Assembly (NCBI RefSeq): GCF_037042905.1
Contig: NC_087245.1
Coordinates: forward strand, 36,086,001 to 36,150,000
DNA from: Lytechinus pictus
Lineage: Eukaryota
Length of the DNA: 64,000 nt
Reading direction: 5' to 3'
Shown here: one piece after another, positions 26,720 to 40,187 of the stretch
Layout: each line of letters opens with the position of its first letter
Numbering within the stretch: position 1 is the stretch's first letter
The notes under the pieces: generated by a model
The model's database searches: none
What the model was told of the DNA's origin: nothing
Seen by the model: only the letters and a program-made list of their open reading frames with translations
Made by a program: the position numbers and the translations under genes

Positions 26720-27343
26720 CTGAAAAAAAACAACAACCAGAAAACAGAAATGATATATTCTATCTCTTATTCTTATTTCATAAAGGACTTTGCCATTATG
26801 GCAACTACCATGGCAACAGGGCTCAGCGGCCAATCAGAATCAAGGTTGCCATGGTAGGTGCCATACTGGCAAAGTTACAACAGTTGCAAGTCCTTTATGA
26901 AACGGGCCCCAGATCTAAATCGATTCTCAGTCTATTAAAAATGTCACAACACTAGAAACGAAAATTCTATTATTCTAAAGCGGAGAAGCTATTTTAACAT
27001 ACAGTATAGGGAGATTATTTTCGTAGAGACTTTCAACCATGGAGCCTCCATGCCCGCCACCATGGAAAGCTTGATTGTGATTGTCTTGCCGAGTCCAGGG
27101 GAGCGTCTCATCAACATGTTTGTCCGACAAGTTGTCAGATCTGACAACTTTCCTTGATTCTGATTATCTGTGAGGCATTGTTACTATGGTAACTGTCGGA
27201 TAAAACGGGACTTGTCGGATAAAACGTGATGAAACGTCCGACTAGTCCTTTCCTGAAACACGTATACTTCCCTGCTTCCATGGTAGTTGCCATAATGCCA
27301 AAGTTATCACAGTTCTAAATCATGAACTTCTTCCACTGAATTA

Positions 27344-27682
27344 GTGGAAGAGCCATGGTGTAGTGGTTCTGACTCTCGCCCTGTAAACAGAGGGTGGTGT
27401 GTTCGAATCCCACCGCGGTCTATAGCGTCCTTTAGTAAGGTGTTAATCCACACTTTGCCACTCTCGACCCAGGTGCTATTAATGGGTACCCGGTAGGATG
27501 CGAAAGATATTGTATGTTTGAATTTGCCAGCGCCATAATGAGGCTGCGATGAATGCAAGGAATGCTCCCCAGGGAGTGGAATCGTGCACTTTTCGTGCGG
27601 GATTGAAATGATTCCTATGACCGGGGTAATAAAGCGCTTTGAGCCATTCTGGGAAAAGCGCTGTATAAAAATTTGCTATTAT
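27344..27682 (+). mobile_element. Full-length tRNA-derived SINE
   Basis: A box TGGTGTAGTGG, B box GTTCGAATC, central CTCGACCCAGGTG..AATGGGTACC, and a LINE-like 3' end AAGCGCTTTGAG..GAAAAGCGCTGTATAAA. Confidence 0.85.
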
Positions 27683-28013
27683 AAACTCTGTATGAAACGA
27701 TCTTATATGCTGCAAAAGTTGTTACCGAGTTGTTCAAGTAATCGTTTTGTTTGCTGGCTCCACTGCCGAACTGATGTTCAAGCACGCTAGATCTCGATAA
27801 GAATAGCTTTTGGCTATTTGGCAACTAAGTCGGACGTCAATCCACTCAATCGGGCTCGATTCGATCACTCACATCAGTAAAGACTGTCCCAATTTCCAAA
27901 TTTCAAATATTAGTAACAGTTCCAACTTCAATTCCAATTTCAATCTTAATTCTAATGTCAATTTAATCACCTTGACACAAAACGTTCGAAATCCTATGCA
28001 CGGGTATATTCGT

Positions 28014-28095
28014 ATGTATTATAATATGTCAGTGTTTGACTTTTTGTAAATGTGCACATTTACAAAAAGTCAAACACTGACATATTATAATACAT
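28014..28095. repeat. Perfect 82-bp palindrome without spacer
   Basis: The 41-bp arm ATGTATTATAATATGTCAGTGTTTGACTTTTTGTAAATGTG is followed directly by its exact reverse complement. Confidence 0.95.
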
Positions 28096-28519
28096 CATGA
28101 TCATGTTCTATGTTATGTTTTGTATGTTTCAATACCATGTAAAAATGCAAATTTCCATTTATTTATTCATTTATTTATTTGGACAATAAATACTACCTTA
28201 TGAACCTTGTGATCCAATCACCATTCTGAGTCGGTACGACAGGACCGGAAGTACATTCATCGGTTTTGAACAAAATTGACGAGCGCATAAAACAACAAAC
28301 AACCAAAATCAAAGCTTAGAATCTCGTCAGTCACAGTTTTAAATGAAGCTTCTTTAACATCGTATTTTTTTCTTTTTATTGATTAAATACAATCGATTGC
28401 TGAGGTTGCATTCATTATCGGTTTTTGACCGCGAATAAAAACAAAAGCCACAAAAATAAAATCTGAGTACAGTCATTACTTCACTTCTCTGTATTTTTCT
28501 AATATAAATTTCTACTTAC

Positions 28520-28561
28520 TTCCTTTTGAAGGCCCAGGCATCTGAATCGATGTCCCATTTC
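28520..28561 (-). CDS. Gene B 42-bp stalk exon
   Basis: ttctcccctcaag acceptor and gtaagt donor. Translates GNGTSIQMPGPSKG, with an N-G-T sequon. Phase 1 to phase 1. Confidence 0.65.
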
Positions 28562-29655
28562 CTTGAGGGGAGAATATAGAGAGTTTAGTTATTGATATCA
28601 GGGAGCAAATATACATTTAATCAATTAAACATATTTCGACAGGATGATAAATTAATCAGCACGCAGGCTGTTTCACACGATGGAGTATATATAGGACTGT
28701 GAAATAGTAATGATTAAATACAACACAGCAAAAGTGAGGATAGTAAATACTAAAAATGAAAACATCAGGAAGAAAACAAAATAAAAATTAACAAATAATA
28801 AGATTTAGCTTAGTGTGGGATTAAGATGTGGAATAAAAAGGAAGAGATTTTATACATCGATGGGAGATCAAGTTATAACAGGAATAGGCTTCAATTTTAC
28901 AAATTATATCGAGTTTAATACATGGATGCGTCTATTGCTGTTTACATAGCGCTGATTTTCTTGATCACTGTGTGTGTCATGTGAATGAATGATGTTTTAA
29001 AAGAAATCCACGTGAAATTAAAGTGGTGTTTATAATTTCTCTTCAAATAATTCGACTGATCAGACTCAAATTCTGTACTTTCCCAATCAAGAGCCATAAA
29101 TCTTTAAATTATGACTGGTTTTTTTTTCTATTCAAAACTTCGGCCGCTTCACCTATACTCATTAGTACATGTTTTTCATGACTTCACAATCCTACCGGTG
29201 ACACGAAATTTGCTATGGTCTTAATATCTCAGAGGGCATATAGGGTTAGAGTTAGGACTGTAAAAGAGGTGTTGGTTCAGAAGGATGTCAAGATAAGTGT
29301 TTTATTTAGTTTTGGAGATTAGATTTAAAGTTCTGCAGATTTTCCGTCGGAACAATAATCGCCGGAGCAAATGTCATGAAGGCTGCGCCCCCCCCCCCTC
29401 CCCCGGCCCCGTTGGAAAATAAAATGTATACATTTTACAGTTTAACATTTATAGGTGTGGGCCATTTAAAGAAAGAAACTGAACAAATATAAACGGATTT
29501 TCAAATGCACGATGCAGATTTGATTAAATCAAAATGATTTTTACACTGCATATGTGTGTGTTTATGTATGTCTCCAACTCTATATCTACTTAGGACCCCT
29601 ATGTAGATTTTAAAATAAATCACTGCTTGTTAGATACAAAGCGTGCATTGTTCAC

Positions 29656-29862
29656 CTATGCAAACAGGTGCGATGCCGTCCCAGGCGAGGTTTTTTATTG
29701 GTCGTTGGGTATGGCCACGTGGTATGCATTGGATTGTCGTATTACCGCCGAGTTTATAACCGGGGTTGCAGCGAAATGTGACCCTTGCTCCGAACCGGAA
29801 GTAACTATCCAGTCGTTGGCCGTTAGCCGGATCTCCAGGATGCCGACAAAATCCGGTATTAG
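29656..29862 (-). CDS. Gene B Sushi/CCP domain exon
   Basis: Translates CRHPGDPANG...FRFGARVTFRCNPGYKLGGNTTIQC...WDGIAPVC, with the four Cys and the Trp of a CCP module. ttcttcag acceptor and gtgaac donor, phase 1-1. Confidence 0.9.
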
Positions 29863-30160
29863 CTGAAGAAAACATAAAAATAAAAGTGGGAAAATGAATT
29901 TCATAGCCGCATGGTGTCTGTTACGACTTTTATGCATACAAATTGAATTAAAAAACATTTTAATGACATTAATAATAATGATAATAACATAAGTATGATA
30001 ATAATAGTTGTATAATAACAGCAATGATGAGGATGACAATGGTGATAAGAACAATGAATGAGGCCCTGATTCTGCGCGGCTTTTAGACTGAAGTTTAAAA
30101 ATTTAAAGATTTTGCATCCCCCTCCTCCTCTTCGAATAAAAGTAAAGTGACGTCACTTAC

Positions 30161-30439
30161 TCTTATAGACCATCAATCTTCCCTCGGTGTAACCGCCACA
30201 GACCTGCCTTGAGTCGCCGGGACACGGCATACGACATCTGAAGTCGTGGTAGTAGTCACTGTCGATGGGTATACCCAGTCCACACGTACAGTCGCGTCCT
30301 CGTACGGCTGCCAGTTCGTACTTGCCCCGACTGCAGTGCTGTATACAGAGGTCGCCGGTCATTCGGTTATCGAATAGATGGTTGTCCCGGAGAAGAAGGG
30401 AATTCGAAGACCGGCCGAAGCAGCCCTGGTAACCGGGCT
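30161..30439 (-). CDS. Gene B WSC domain exon
   Basis: Translates YQGCF...MTGDLCIQHC...YELAAVRGRDCTCG...CRMPCPGDSRQVCGG...LMVY, the WSC consensus. ctgcag acceptor and gtaagt donor, phase 1-1. Confidence 0.9.
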
Positions 30440-33329
30440 CTGCAGAAAAATGAAATGGAGTGATTTCTTTAATGTTTTTCTATTTTATCATCATCATCAT
30501 AATAAGGATCCGTTCATTTTTGTCAATTTCATGCGGACTAGTTTTTATTACTTGCCCAAGAATTAGAACAATCACCCCCAGACTTTGAAACGCGAATGCC
30601 ACATGACAAAAAGGAAACGGTATTACACGCGAGCTTTAAGGCTATAAGATCGGTTGGTTGATCAATATTGGTTGGTTGATCGATTGGTTGGTTGGTTGGT
30701 TGACTGACTGACTGACTGGTTAGTTGGTTGGTTGGTTGGTTGATTATTGATTGCTTGCTTGCTTGCTTGATTAATTATACATAGAGAGATCAAATGGCCG
30801 TTATTTTTTTCGATCGAAATTAGCCCCTGTACGTTTTTTTTTATTTAATGCATCTATCTATAACTCTATAGAATCCCTGTTGTTCAATTTGGGAAAAAAT
30901 GAATTCATCTCTTGGCTATCTTGGCCCTTCACCCTTTCAAAATCACGCCTTCCCTGCGTATTTCTATTCATTCTTTCATCCTTCATGCGTGTCTGTCACT
31001 CTGCCAAAGTTTTCTCCAGTCACAACTGATGTTGAGTGATGTTCCTCATATTAGGAGACATGCGACATCCTATGTCCCGTGTTGCCCGACATATCAGCCG
31101 GCTCTTATTGTCGCACAGTATCAATTGCGTCTGGGGACACCCAAGACAATAGTGTCTTAGTCAGAGTTTCTCGTATTATGTCAGTGATTACTCCACTTCC
31201 ACATGACAACACTACTTCGCGTCACATAAATGCCAGACCAAAGATAGCATCGTCTTGATGTCAAATATTAGATTCGTAAAACCGTACACAATGTAGAACA
31301 TATCGAGATAATGGAAAGAATAGATCGAGAACAATGCATATTAAAGGAGAATGAAACCCTTGAAACCAGCTGAATCCATATCAAAGAGAAAAATCAAAGA
31401 AACAAATTGTTGAAAGTTTGAGGAAGATTAAATGAATAATAAGAAAGTTATGAGCATTTGAATATTGAGATCACTAATGCCATGTAGATCCTTCCAATTG
31501 GCAATGCGACCAAGATCTGTGATGTCACACACGTACAACTCCCTCATTACTTTAGTACTTATTTCACTTATATTCTCACTTTTATAGAGTCTATCACAAG
31601 GTGAGGTGTTCTCTTTATGAGAGGACAAGTACAGAGGTTTCACAACATTATATCATTGATGAATCGTTTGTCATATGATTAGAATGAGCAAAAAGAGATG
31701 TTTTGGGGTATATTTTCAGCGTCCAAAAGGGGAGAGTTGTTCATCTGTGACATCATAGATCTTGGTCCACTTGGTCAAGTCCACTCCCAACAAGAAGCTG
31801 GTTTCAGTATATGGACAAAATGAAAACAAGCATAACACTCACAGTTTCTTCAAAATCGGAGGAATACTGAATGAAGGAAGCTATACAGTGCGTCCCAAAA
31901 AAAAAGGGAGACCGGGATTCCCACATATTTTTCTTCAAAGGCAAATTATTTATATCCAACCCAACAGTTCTTTACTAGGTTACTTCATGGATCAATCGAA
32001 TTCTCAATAAACACTAACTTTTTGGTTGTTGTCTTTGTATAGACAATAAAGTATGGTCATCATCAACACCAAAACAAACACTATTCCTCTACATTTTGAT
32101 ACCTCATAATGTGACCAACACTTCACGAACTAATGAGCAAGACGAGTTTGAAATTGTAATATGAATATCAGGTTGCGCCGAAAATTGGACAAGGTAAGTT
32201 CGTGATACCGACCACCGTGCTTATTCGACGATTGGCTCATCAGCATTTCTTTTGTATTCTTTAAAGTTTCTCTCACTGATCCCTGAAATGAGAGTGGTTC
32301 AGATTAATACGTGAGTTTCTGCCCAAATGATTTCCGATAAGCCTCAATATTTATTGTTTGTAATCTGCCATGTGTGAGCGATTTGGGTTTCAAATAAGGG
32401 ATGAGATTCCACTCTTATACAAGTTTATACAACTTGTTGTTAGAGTGGCGGGCTTAAACAATGTGCTATTTTTTGTTTACTGTGCTGATGAGTTTATTAC
32501 TGTTTCGTGAATTAAGAAAAAAATTCCAATGGCTATAAATTTCTAATTTTACATCCGAATTTTAAGAAATGATATGCGTTATTCCTGTTTTATTTTCTTT
32601 CTACGGTGCGTATCAATAAAAAGTGTACAGCTAGTTTGAAGGGGGGGGGGGAACAGGAAATTTAAAAATATACAATACCGGATCACTGTTTTTGGTCTCA
32701 TCTATCAGATGAAAGTATACTTTTTGACAGACGTTTACGCCTGAGTGAGCGCTGTCCATTTCGGTAAAATTCGCAGAAATCGGTTTGCGCAAAAATGCTG
32801 ATTTTTACGCTGCGTAAAAGAACAAAGGCGAAAAAAGAGCTGATCATGCTGTACATTTTTCATATTTTTATAATGAAATTAAAATGATTTATTGGAATTT
32901 GTTTATTACAACTTTGCTACCTAAGTGACAGTAGGTAAACATAATATTTAGGTTGTATGTGCCAGCTAGATATGAGGACACAAGATGAAACAAATCGGTG
33001 TAAACAAAAACAAATTTCAGTCAGATAACTCCAGCATTTTTCTATATCAAGTTTGTCATAAAAGGGGTTTATATTTCATGCTTGTTTTTCCAAACTTTTC
33101 CCGGGCATGAAGGAATAACAAAAGATTTTTTTTCATATTTTCTTTTTTTTTCAACATCAACTTGCATAAACGTCGTGATTAAAATAAAGTAGACTAAGCT
33201 TAAACAGGACTGTACAAATGCATGCTGTAGGTGGGACAGGGTTAAGTAAAATGTTGCCAATGAGAGAAAAAAAAGTATTGAAATCAGTGTGGATTTATGT
33301 ATATACATGTAGTCGACAGAGGAACTCAC

Positions 33330-33413
33330 TTTGGCAAATGATTCCAGCTCCTCCGCCTGATGGACAAAAACCCCGAGTTTCGACAAAAGAACAATCTGTT
33401 ATTTTGGCCTCAT
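33330..33413 (-). CDS. Gene B SRCR domain, second exon
   Basis: Translates DEAKITDCSFVETRGFCPSGGGAGIICQ, the E..L..C...C....AGV.C end of an SRCR domain. atttcag acceptor and gtgagt donor, phase 1-1. Confidence 0.85.
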
Positions 33414-33661
33414 CTGAAATATGATAAGAAATATAAAATTTAAAAACGTTAGTATGACAAATATGAGAGGAAATTTCATCGATACTATCTGACCGTGACA
33501 AACGCGGAAACACGATAGTTGAGCCTATGCCAAATGGATTATGACATAAAGAAATTGGTCAAGGTGAAATTTGTTCTAAAATTTGACGTAACGGAATTCT
33601 AGACTATTTAAAACACCTTTCGAGTTTACGTATATCTCAGATCGTTAAAGAGTTGGTTATA

Positions 33662-34644
33662 CAGTGCGTATCAAAAAAAGTTTACACTTTGAAAAAGGTG
33701 TGGGAATTAAAAAATATAGAACGTGTGGATAATATTTGCACATACAATCTTGGGTTTGGGTCTCATCTATCCAATGAAAGTAAAAGTTTTGACAGAATGT
33801 TACACTTGAGTGAGCACTGTCCATTTCTGTAAAGCTCGCAGAAATCTGTTTGCGCAGAAATGATCGTTTTCACGCTGTGTTAAAGGGAAAGGGCGAAATC
33901 AAACTTACTCTGCGAAATATTTCTCTTACATTTCCCTTGCATTTTTAGTCAACTGAAATAAAACGGATTCATTCAAGCAATTTGTAACACTTTTGCCACC
34001 CAAATTGAAATTTCAACACTTAGTAAGCACAACCTTTACTACCCTTTTTGTGCCAGCTGGATCTGAGGACATTACTGAATCTGAACAAAAGTTTATATCA
34101 GAAATCTTCAGCACTTTTTCACTAAGTTTTTATCATTTAAAGTGGGTTTACATTTCATTTTTCATTTGATACTTGTTTCTCCACACTTTTTCCAAGCTTG
34201 ACAATGATTAACAAAATGAAAATCAAGCCTAAGCCATGTAAATCAAAGCTCAGTGTAAAGCAAATATCGTCACGATGGCCTCGGTGTGTGGGGGAGTGGG
34301 GTGGTGCGCAATGCACTCTTCGAAGTGTTTTTGGGCATGGAAACAAGTTTAAAAAGGGTAAATATATCTTCAAATCAATTTTACTAGCTAAATTCCACGT
34401 GTTCTTCATGATTAAGGTCTACTTTTATTCGCATAACTATTTCAAAGTTCTGCGCAAATCATTTTTCACTAACTTTTCAAAAGTTAGTGGTGCTCACTCA
34501 AGCGGAAATATTTTTCGACAGTTACATCGTCATTTACTTAAATGGATCTGTACCAATGTGTAAATGTGGAAAAATCTTCAGGATATTACATATGTATAAT
34601 TTTACAGGATTTTTTCTAAATGTAAACTTTTTTGATACGCACTG
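33662..34644. mobile_element. Tc1/mariner-like non-autonomous element
   Basis: TIR CAGTGCGTATCAAAAAAAGTTTACA and TA TSD. A decayed partial copy lies at about 32603-33230. Confidence 0.85.
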
Positions 34645-35289
34645 TAGTAAGATATAAAGACGATAAATGATAATTGTAGTAATGGCTATAGAATTTATTT
34701 CTTTAATAATTCTTTACAGGTTGATTTTAATATAACCATACATCCAATTGTATTCATTGAAAATGGATTTTGCATTCTTAATTTCCAATTTTCGATTCAA
34801 CATTGATTTCTAAAGGTATAAGCATTAATGCATCCCTAAAAAGTTATGATACAATGGAGGTAGCAACTCAGTAAGCAAAGTTTGTAACAAGAATATACCG
34901 TGACATAATGACAATAAAGAAATAAAATTAAAAAGGGACTGGAAAGAAAAAAATGCAGTACATAACAGAGAAAAAACAAAAACGAAAAACAAAACAAAAA
35001 ACATGGCAACTTCATACACATTATATCAAATGGAAGAGTTAATTAATCATAAAACCAATCATCCAATAATAAAATTAACCAAATAACTTGACCTCGGGAC
35101 CATAAGTTTTGTCTTAAAGCCCTTTTAAAGATGGTGCATTTCTGATGTCATTAGATATTTTGTATAAAACGAATATTATGTTAAGAAGAACACGTTCTGT
35201 GTCTTGGCGAATGTATTAACGAAGAGGAGTGTATTATTGTATTAATGTAAATTCTGATTTGTATCAAACAACTCAATGAAATGGACAGG

Positions 35290-35500
35290 CACAAAAAAGG
35301 TAATTTAATAGATATAATACCAATATTCTTTGATATTTTCTTCTTTATATTTTGTATGTGAAATTTCCAAGTTAATTTTGAATCAATGATTACACCAATA
35401 AATCTTGTTTCAACTTCAGGAATCTCAATACCATTCAATTCTAATCTAAAAGACTCGGTGATTACTGAAAATAATGAAGTTACGTTTACGGGGTTTGACA
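35290..35500 (-). mobile_element. Old LINE (L2/CR1 group) ORF2 fragment
   Basis: Translates LNGIEIPEVETRFIGVIIDSKLTWKFHIQNIKKKISKNIGII, matching the LGVxxDxxLxWxxHI motif that follows the RT core. Confidence 0.65.
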
Positions 35501-36992
35501 GCCTATTTTGTCTGGAACACCTTGATATCAACTTGGTTAAAATAAAATTCAACCAAAATCAGAGTTATGTCGTTTAAACTCTGGGTTTTGTGACGTCGCA
35601 TATATACGAGCAGCTGCCCCATACTAAATGGAAATGTAAAGTAAATTCCCCTAATCCCCCTTTTAATGGGTAATGATGAATGAAAATATTATTATCATTG
35701 ATACATGCATAGAATAGTAGGTCTGTATATAGTACCGATAACTTTATTTATAATTTGCAAAGAAGATAGCAATGAAATCACATCATGGCCCGGGGGTGCA
35801 CGTAATGCGTCAAAAAAATAAAAATGAACAAAACGGTAATTCTGTTATGGATTTTCGTCGAACCCCACCAATACTTTCATTAAGATTGTCTGATTTTTTT
35901 GTAAATCAACTTTGACATCAGGCTGAACTTCATTGCACACAACGATCGCTAGCAATCCATGTTTTTGTTATTTTGTCTTAATTCTAAAACTATCTTAAGT
36001 AAATGTAAAAACTTTAATTTGCCATTTACTTGACGAGATGGCGAGATATCGAGTGAGATACGGTATCTTGCCAAGTCGACTATTACTAAAAAGCTTTATG
36101 TCGTTATTGCGAGATACATTATTGTATACTACGAGGTACTACGTATCTTGTTATGACGAAAGATATTTCGCCATGTCGACATGGCGAGGCAAAATATTTC
36201 GCGATTTCATCAAGTATACAATGACACTTTTCATGCTTTTAAACTTTTAAATTTACCTGTATAAGCAAAATGTTTAACCAGCCATATTTCAAAGATGGAT
36301 CAGTGTTTTCCATGAAACCTTACCAAGAATAAGGAATCAATATGACTTGTGTACAATTTATAAACATAAAAACACTCAACTTTGAATAATATTTCACCAG
36401 CTTTATTTTGTCAAAGGGGTGTAGTTCACAGGCTTTGGCAATTGGCGCTGGCTGATTTAAGCTTTCCGGAGACAGACGGTATCCATAAATAATTATAGGC
36501 GGCAGTATTATTATGAATGTTTTGTACAATCCGATTTGATTTACTTTGAATTCATGCTTTCTAAACCATATTCATATTTTCCCTGTTACAAATCATACAT
36601 CACAATCATATGAATTTCAAAACATACATTTGCATGCTTAAAATATCAAGCAATTTAGTGAAGTATATACAAAGATTAGGGGAAAAACAATTGTATTGAA
36701 AAAAAAACAGTAGGACTTGAATTGAAAAGAAAAATTTGCTGGTTAAAAATGGTGGTGACTTGTTTTTTTTTATCTGATTGCTTTGAAAGCATGAATTCTT
36801 GTAAGTAAGCAACCAGAGAACCGACGGCTTTCTCTCCGAGGGACCTGGTAATGAGGATTAATGCCTTACCAAAGAGCATATAGCGCACCGGGTGGGAATC
36901 CGGGTCACTGGAATCCGAAACCCCCGCTCTTACCGACTCAGTGAGCTATCGCGCCTAGCTAAGTGAAATGACAATGATTTGGCGTGATTTAC

Positions 36993-37214
36993 CTCCATTA
37001 CACAGAAACTTAGAGGCTATTAAAGGAAGATTCCCTGTTCCAAAAACCTCTCCCATAGTTCTGAGCGATGCACCGGGGTAACCCAATTGATTGCAGGCAA
37101 CGGTCGCATCCATGATCGACCATCCCTCGTCGCAGATCGACCCGATGCTTGTCGATCCCAACACAAGTTCCACTCGGCCTTCATTCGGCGAATTTCCGTT
37201 CACTAGTCTAATTT
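36993..37214 (-). CDS. Gene B SRCR domain, first exon (group A, six Cys split over two exons)
   Basis: Translates EIRLVNGNSPNEGRVEL...GSICDEGWSIMDATVACNQLGY...FGTGNLP...FLCNG. tttacag acceptor and gtaaat donor, phase 1-1. Confidence 0.92.
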
Positions 37215-38422
37215 CTGTAAAAAAAAGAATAATAATAAAACTACCAAAGAGTGGGGGAGGAATTGAGAGGGGGTTCAAAAACAGAAAGGCATGTAGAGAG
37301 AGATAAAGAAAGGGTAGGTAGCGAGGGCGTGACAGAGAGGGGGAGAGGGGAGGATAGAAAGTGAGAGGGGGGAGATGAGGGCATCGATTAAAAGCAATTA
37401 TTGAAATACAATACAATACATGTTAGATTATACCCTGGTTAACCTACAATTCACATTTTAAAAACTTCCTACTACAATTTTTAGAAGGAATCTACAAATG
37501 CCTATTCATCTGCTAGTAAGTCCATGGCGCATCTGTGACATGAATTAAGAAAGAAGAAAGATGATCATAAGAAATAAGTGATTAGTCGTTCAATACAATA
37601 TTACCCCTTTAATTCAATTTGGAAAATATACTGCATTGACCCCCCCCCCCCCCTCCTTATCGTCGCCCCTGTACAGACCCAGTGGCGTAATGAGCCAAAA
37701 CCTTCGAAGGGCATATCGGTAAACTTTATAAAAGAGTTGCGATCAAGCGAGCAAAACTTTCAACATTTCTATAACAAAAATCAAATTTTGTGATAGATTT
37801 TGACATAATATTCAGGAAGTAATACTAGTATCATAGTTCATCCTTCTCTCTTTCCTTTTCTCTTTTTTTCTTGGTAGTGATTTTTTTTTTGGGGGGGCAA
37901 GAGAACCCCAAGCCCCCCCCCCCCCTTACCCAATCTGTACGCCAATCGGGCCTAACTACAACTGGCAGGCCAAAGATATTCATTCGAGCCAACCCATTCT
38001 CGATTATTTAATTTGATATTGCTGATTGACAAAAATGAATGAATATGATTGACAATCTAACACTGATTCTAGGGAGGGTACCTACTGAACTTCCTTTTTC
38101 AAAGTTGGAAAGATATATCACTCCTTTGGAACTATTTTTTACTGGCGGGAGAATTAGGGTCATTTTACTCTCTCAAATGATGAATTTGATCCTGTCAGGT
38201 GTGGTCTTCATAAATGCTGATTTATTTTTAAAATAAGCCGGTCGAGGTACCCTTTTCTGGTCAGATGTGGAATGTCAGACATATATCCTGTCCACTGGTA
38301 GTAAACATTCAACCCTCGAATTTCCTCCTTACTTTTCATGATTTTTTTAAAAGTGCCACTCTAACACACGAGTCTATGGGAAATGAATTAGGCCTGAGAA
38401 ACCAGCAGGGGTTTGAACTCAC

Positions 38423-38536
38423 CGAGGCATGTTGACCAAAAATCAGAACAGCAATTCTCATTGACGATGCACTGATTATCACACTGACATGGTGCGAAGT
38501 TGACGTAGAGGTCGCATCTTCCTCTGCAAGTCTGAG
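38423..38536 (-). CDS. Gene B somatomedin-B (SMB) domain exon
   Basis: Translates QTCRGRC...PCQCDNQCIVNENCCSDFWSTC, the 8-Cys SMB pattern CxCDxxC.....CCxDF...C. taatag acceptor and gtgagt donor, phase 1-1. Confidence 0.9.
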
Positions 38537-38837
38537 CTATTAAGAGAGAGAGAGAAAACAAAATTGTTTTCACATTAAACATAATTTGAAAATACAAAAA
38601 TGGATCCATAGATTTTATTGAAGTAAACAGAAAGCTTTGAAATCGCTAAAGGAATGGGGGTGAGGAGGTTGAATCGATCCCCTTTGCGAATCATTAATAA
38701 TGGTTGTTATGATTGTGACAAATTCATCTAAGAAATTCTTTAGAAATGAGTTGGAATGGCCCAGGGTCGAGATCACACGTCGTTGAGGAGGATTTCAAAA
38801 TGACACTACATACACCCTCGTCTATTATACAGTCCTG

Positions 38838-38978
38838 GGAGCGTTTCCTAAAAGGACTTGTCGGACGTTTTATCCAACAGTTACCATAGTAACAGTGCTT
38901 CTCAGCCAATCAAAATCACGGATAGTTGTCAGATCCGACAACTTAACGGACAAAAATGTTGATGAAACGCCCCTCCCC
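38838..38978. mobile_element. Harbinger-like MITE (relatives at ~27098-27262, ~26770-26912, ~21205-21322)
   Basis: GGAGCGTTTC...GAAACGCCCC termini flanked by CTG. Internal gttgtcagatc.gacaact is shared with the 27098 copy in the opposite orientation. Confidence 0.65.
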
Positions 38979-39960
38979 CTGGAGTGTGTGAACATTGAAC
39001 TGGATGACTTCTAAAATAAAAATGGTTCATTGGCAGTTAATCGGCTCAGAGGATGCCGGCTAATAATATATTTTGACGTAGAAGTCATATCATCAGCTCA
39101 TGAGCGAAAATCTGTCCCCGGAGTTAAAGGGACCAGGGGTTGGAAACTTTGCCAAGCAACAACAAAAAAAGTTTATTACCTAAATTGTAAGGTCAATTTA
39201 ACTAACATAAAAATTGACAAGCAAAACAAAAAAAGAAAAAAAAGGTTTACACCAAAAGTGTAATGTCATTAGGAAAAAATACATGTACCATTTCGATTGT
39301 GAATGATGTATTTTTCTCCATCATAAAAGACCAAAAATAGTAGGGGGACATTTGATATTGTGTCCCCAAACTATTTTGGGTAGGGAGGACGCGTCCTCCT
39401 GTCCCCCCTGTGATTTCAGCCCATGCATCAGCTTGCTGTTATATATTCATGTCTGTATGCATATGTATAACTGTTACACACAAAAAAAACAAATCTTTAA
39501 AACAAAATTTTTTATCTGATTTTGATAAAAAAAACTTCAAATTTTGTGCTTGTTGAATTTTAGGCATTTTATTCAAATTGTTTCAAGGCTGGGGTATTAT
39601 AATAATTTTAATCCCCGAAACTGGTTCGTAAGACGGATTCTTTAAGTCTGAGATAAGACGATAATTATCATTGGCACCATTATTTTGACATCAAGCACAT
39701 CTGCCATACTTCTCACACTAAAAAAAGTTGTTTTCTTTTCGTGTTTTATCCTACGGGTGGTATATGAAGGTTCGATTCAATCGGGGGGGGGGGGTATGTA
39801 GAAGTTTTATTTATCATGGTCATGGTCACTTTCTATTAATCAATTCAATTCATGATACGCACCATATATCATAAATTCGACCAAAATATTGATTTTTTTT
39901 TCACGGGCATGCACATTAAGCCTTTGATTTAAAGGAAGATCGATTGAGCATATTTATATA

Positions 39961-40187
39961 CACTCTAAAAATTATTGGGTAAAACTGCTCCATGAGGGTG
40001 ATTTTGTGTTCAACCATTTTTATATCCAGTGTGATGAAATTTTGCCAATTCTAGAGTAATCGCTGCTTATTTTTTAACCTTACTGGACAATACGCTTGCC
40101 GCATTGGGTAAAATACTGCCCCAAAACTGGTTGGACATATAATTACCCTCGTGTTGGTTAAAATGTTACCCAATATTTTTTACAGCG
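39961..40187. mobile_element. CACT-terminus MITE
   Basis: CACTCTAAAAATTATTGGGTAA / TTACCCAATATTTTTTACAGCG inverted ends with TA flanks. Confidence 0.6.

Noticed and set aside
27344..27420. tRNA-like sequence with A and B boxes
   Set aside because: It continues into a SINE body and tail and has no proper acceptor stem, so it is a SINE head and not a tRNA gene. The same applies at ~55480, ~36950 and ~53680.
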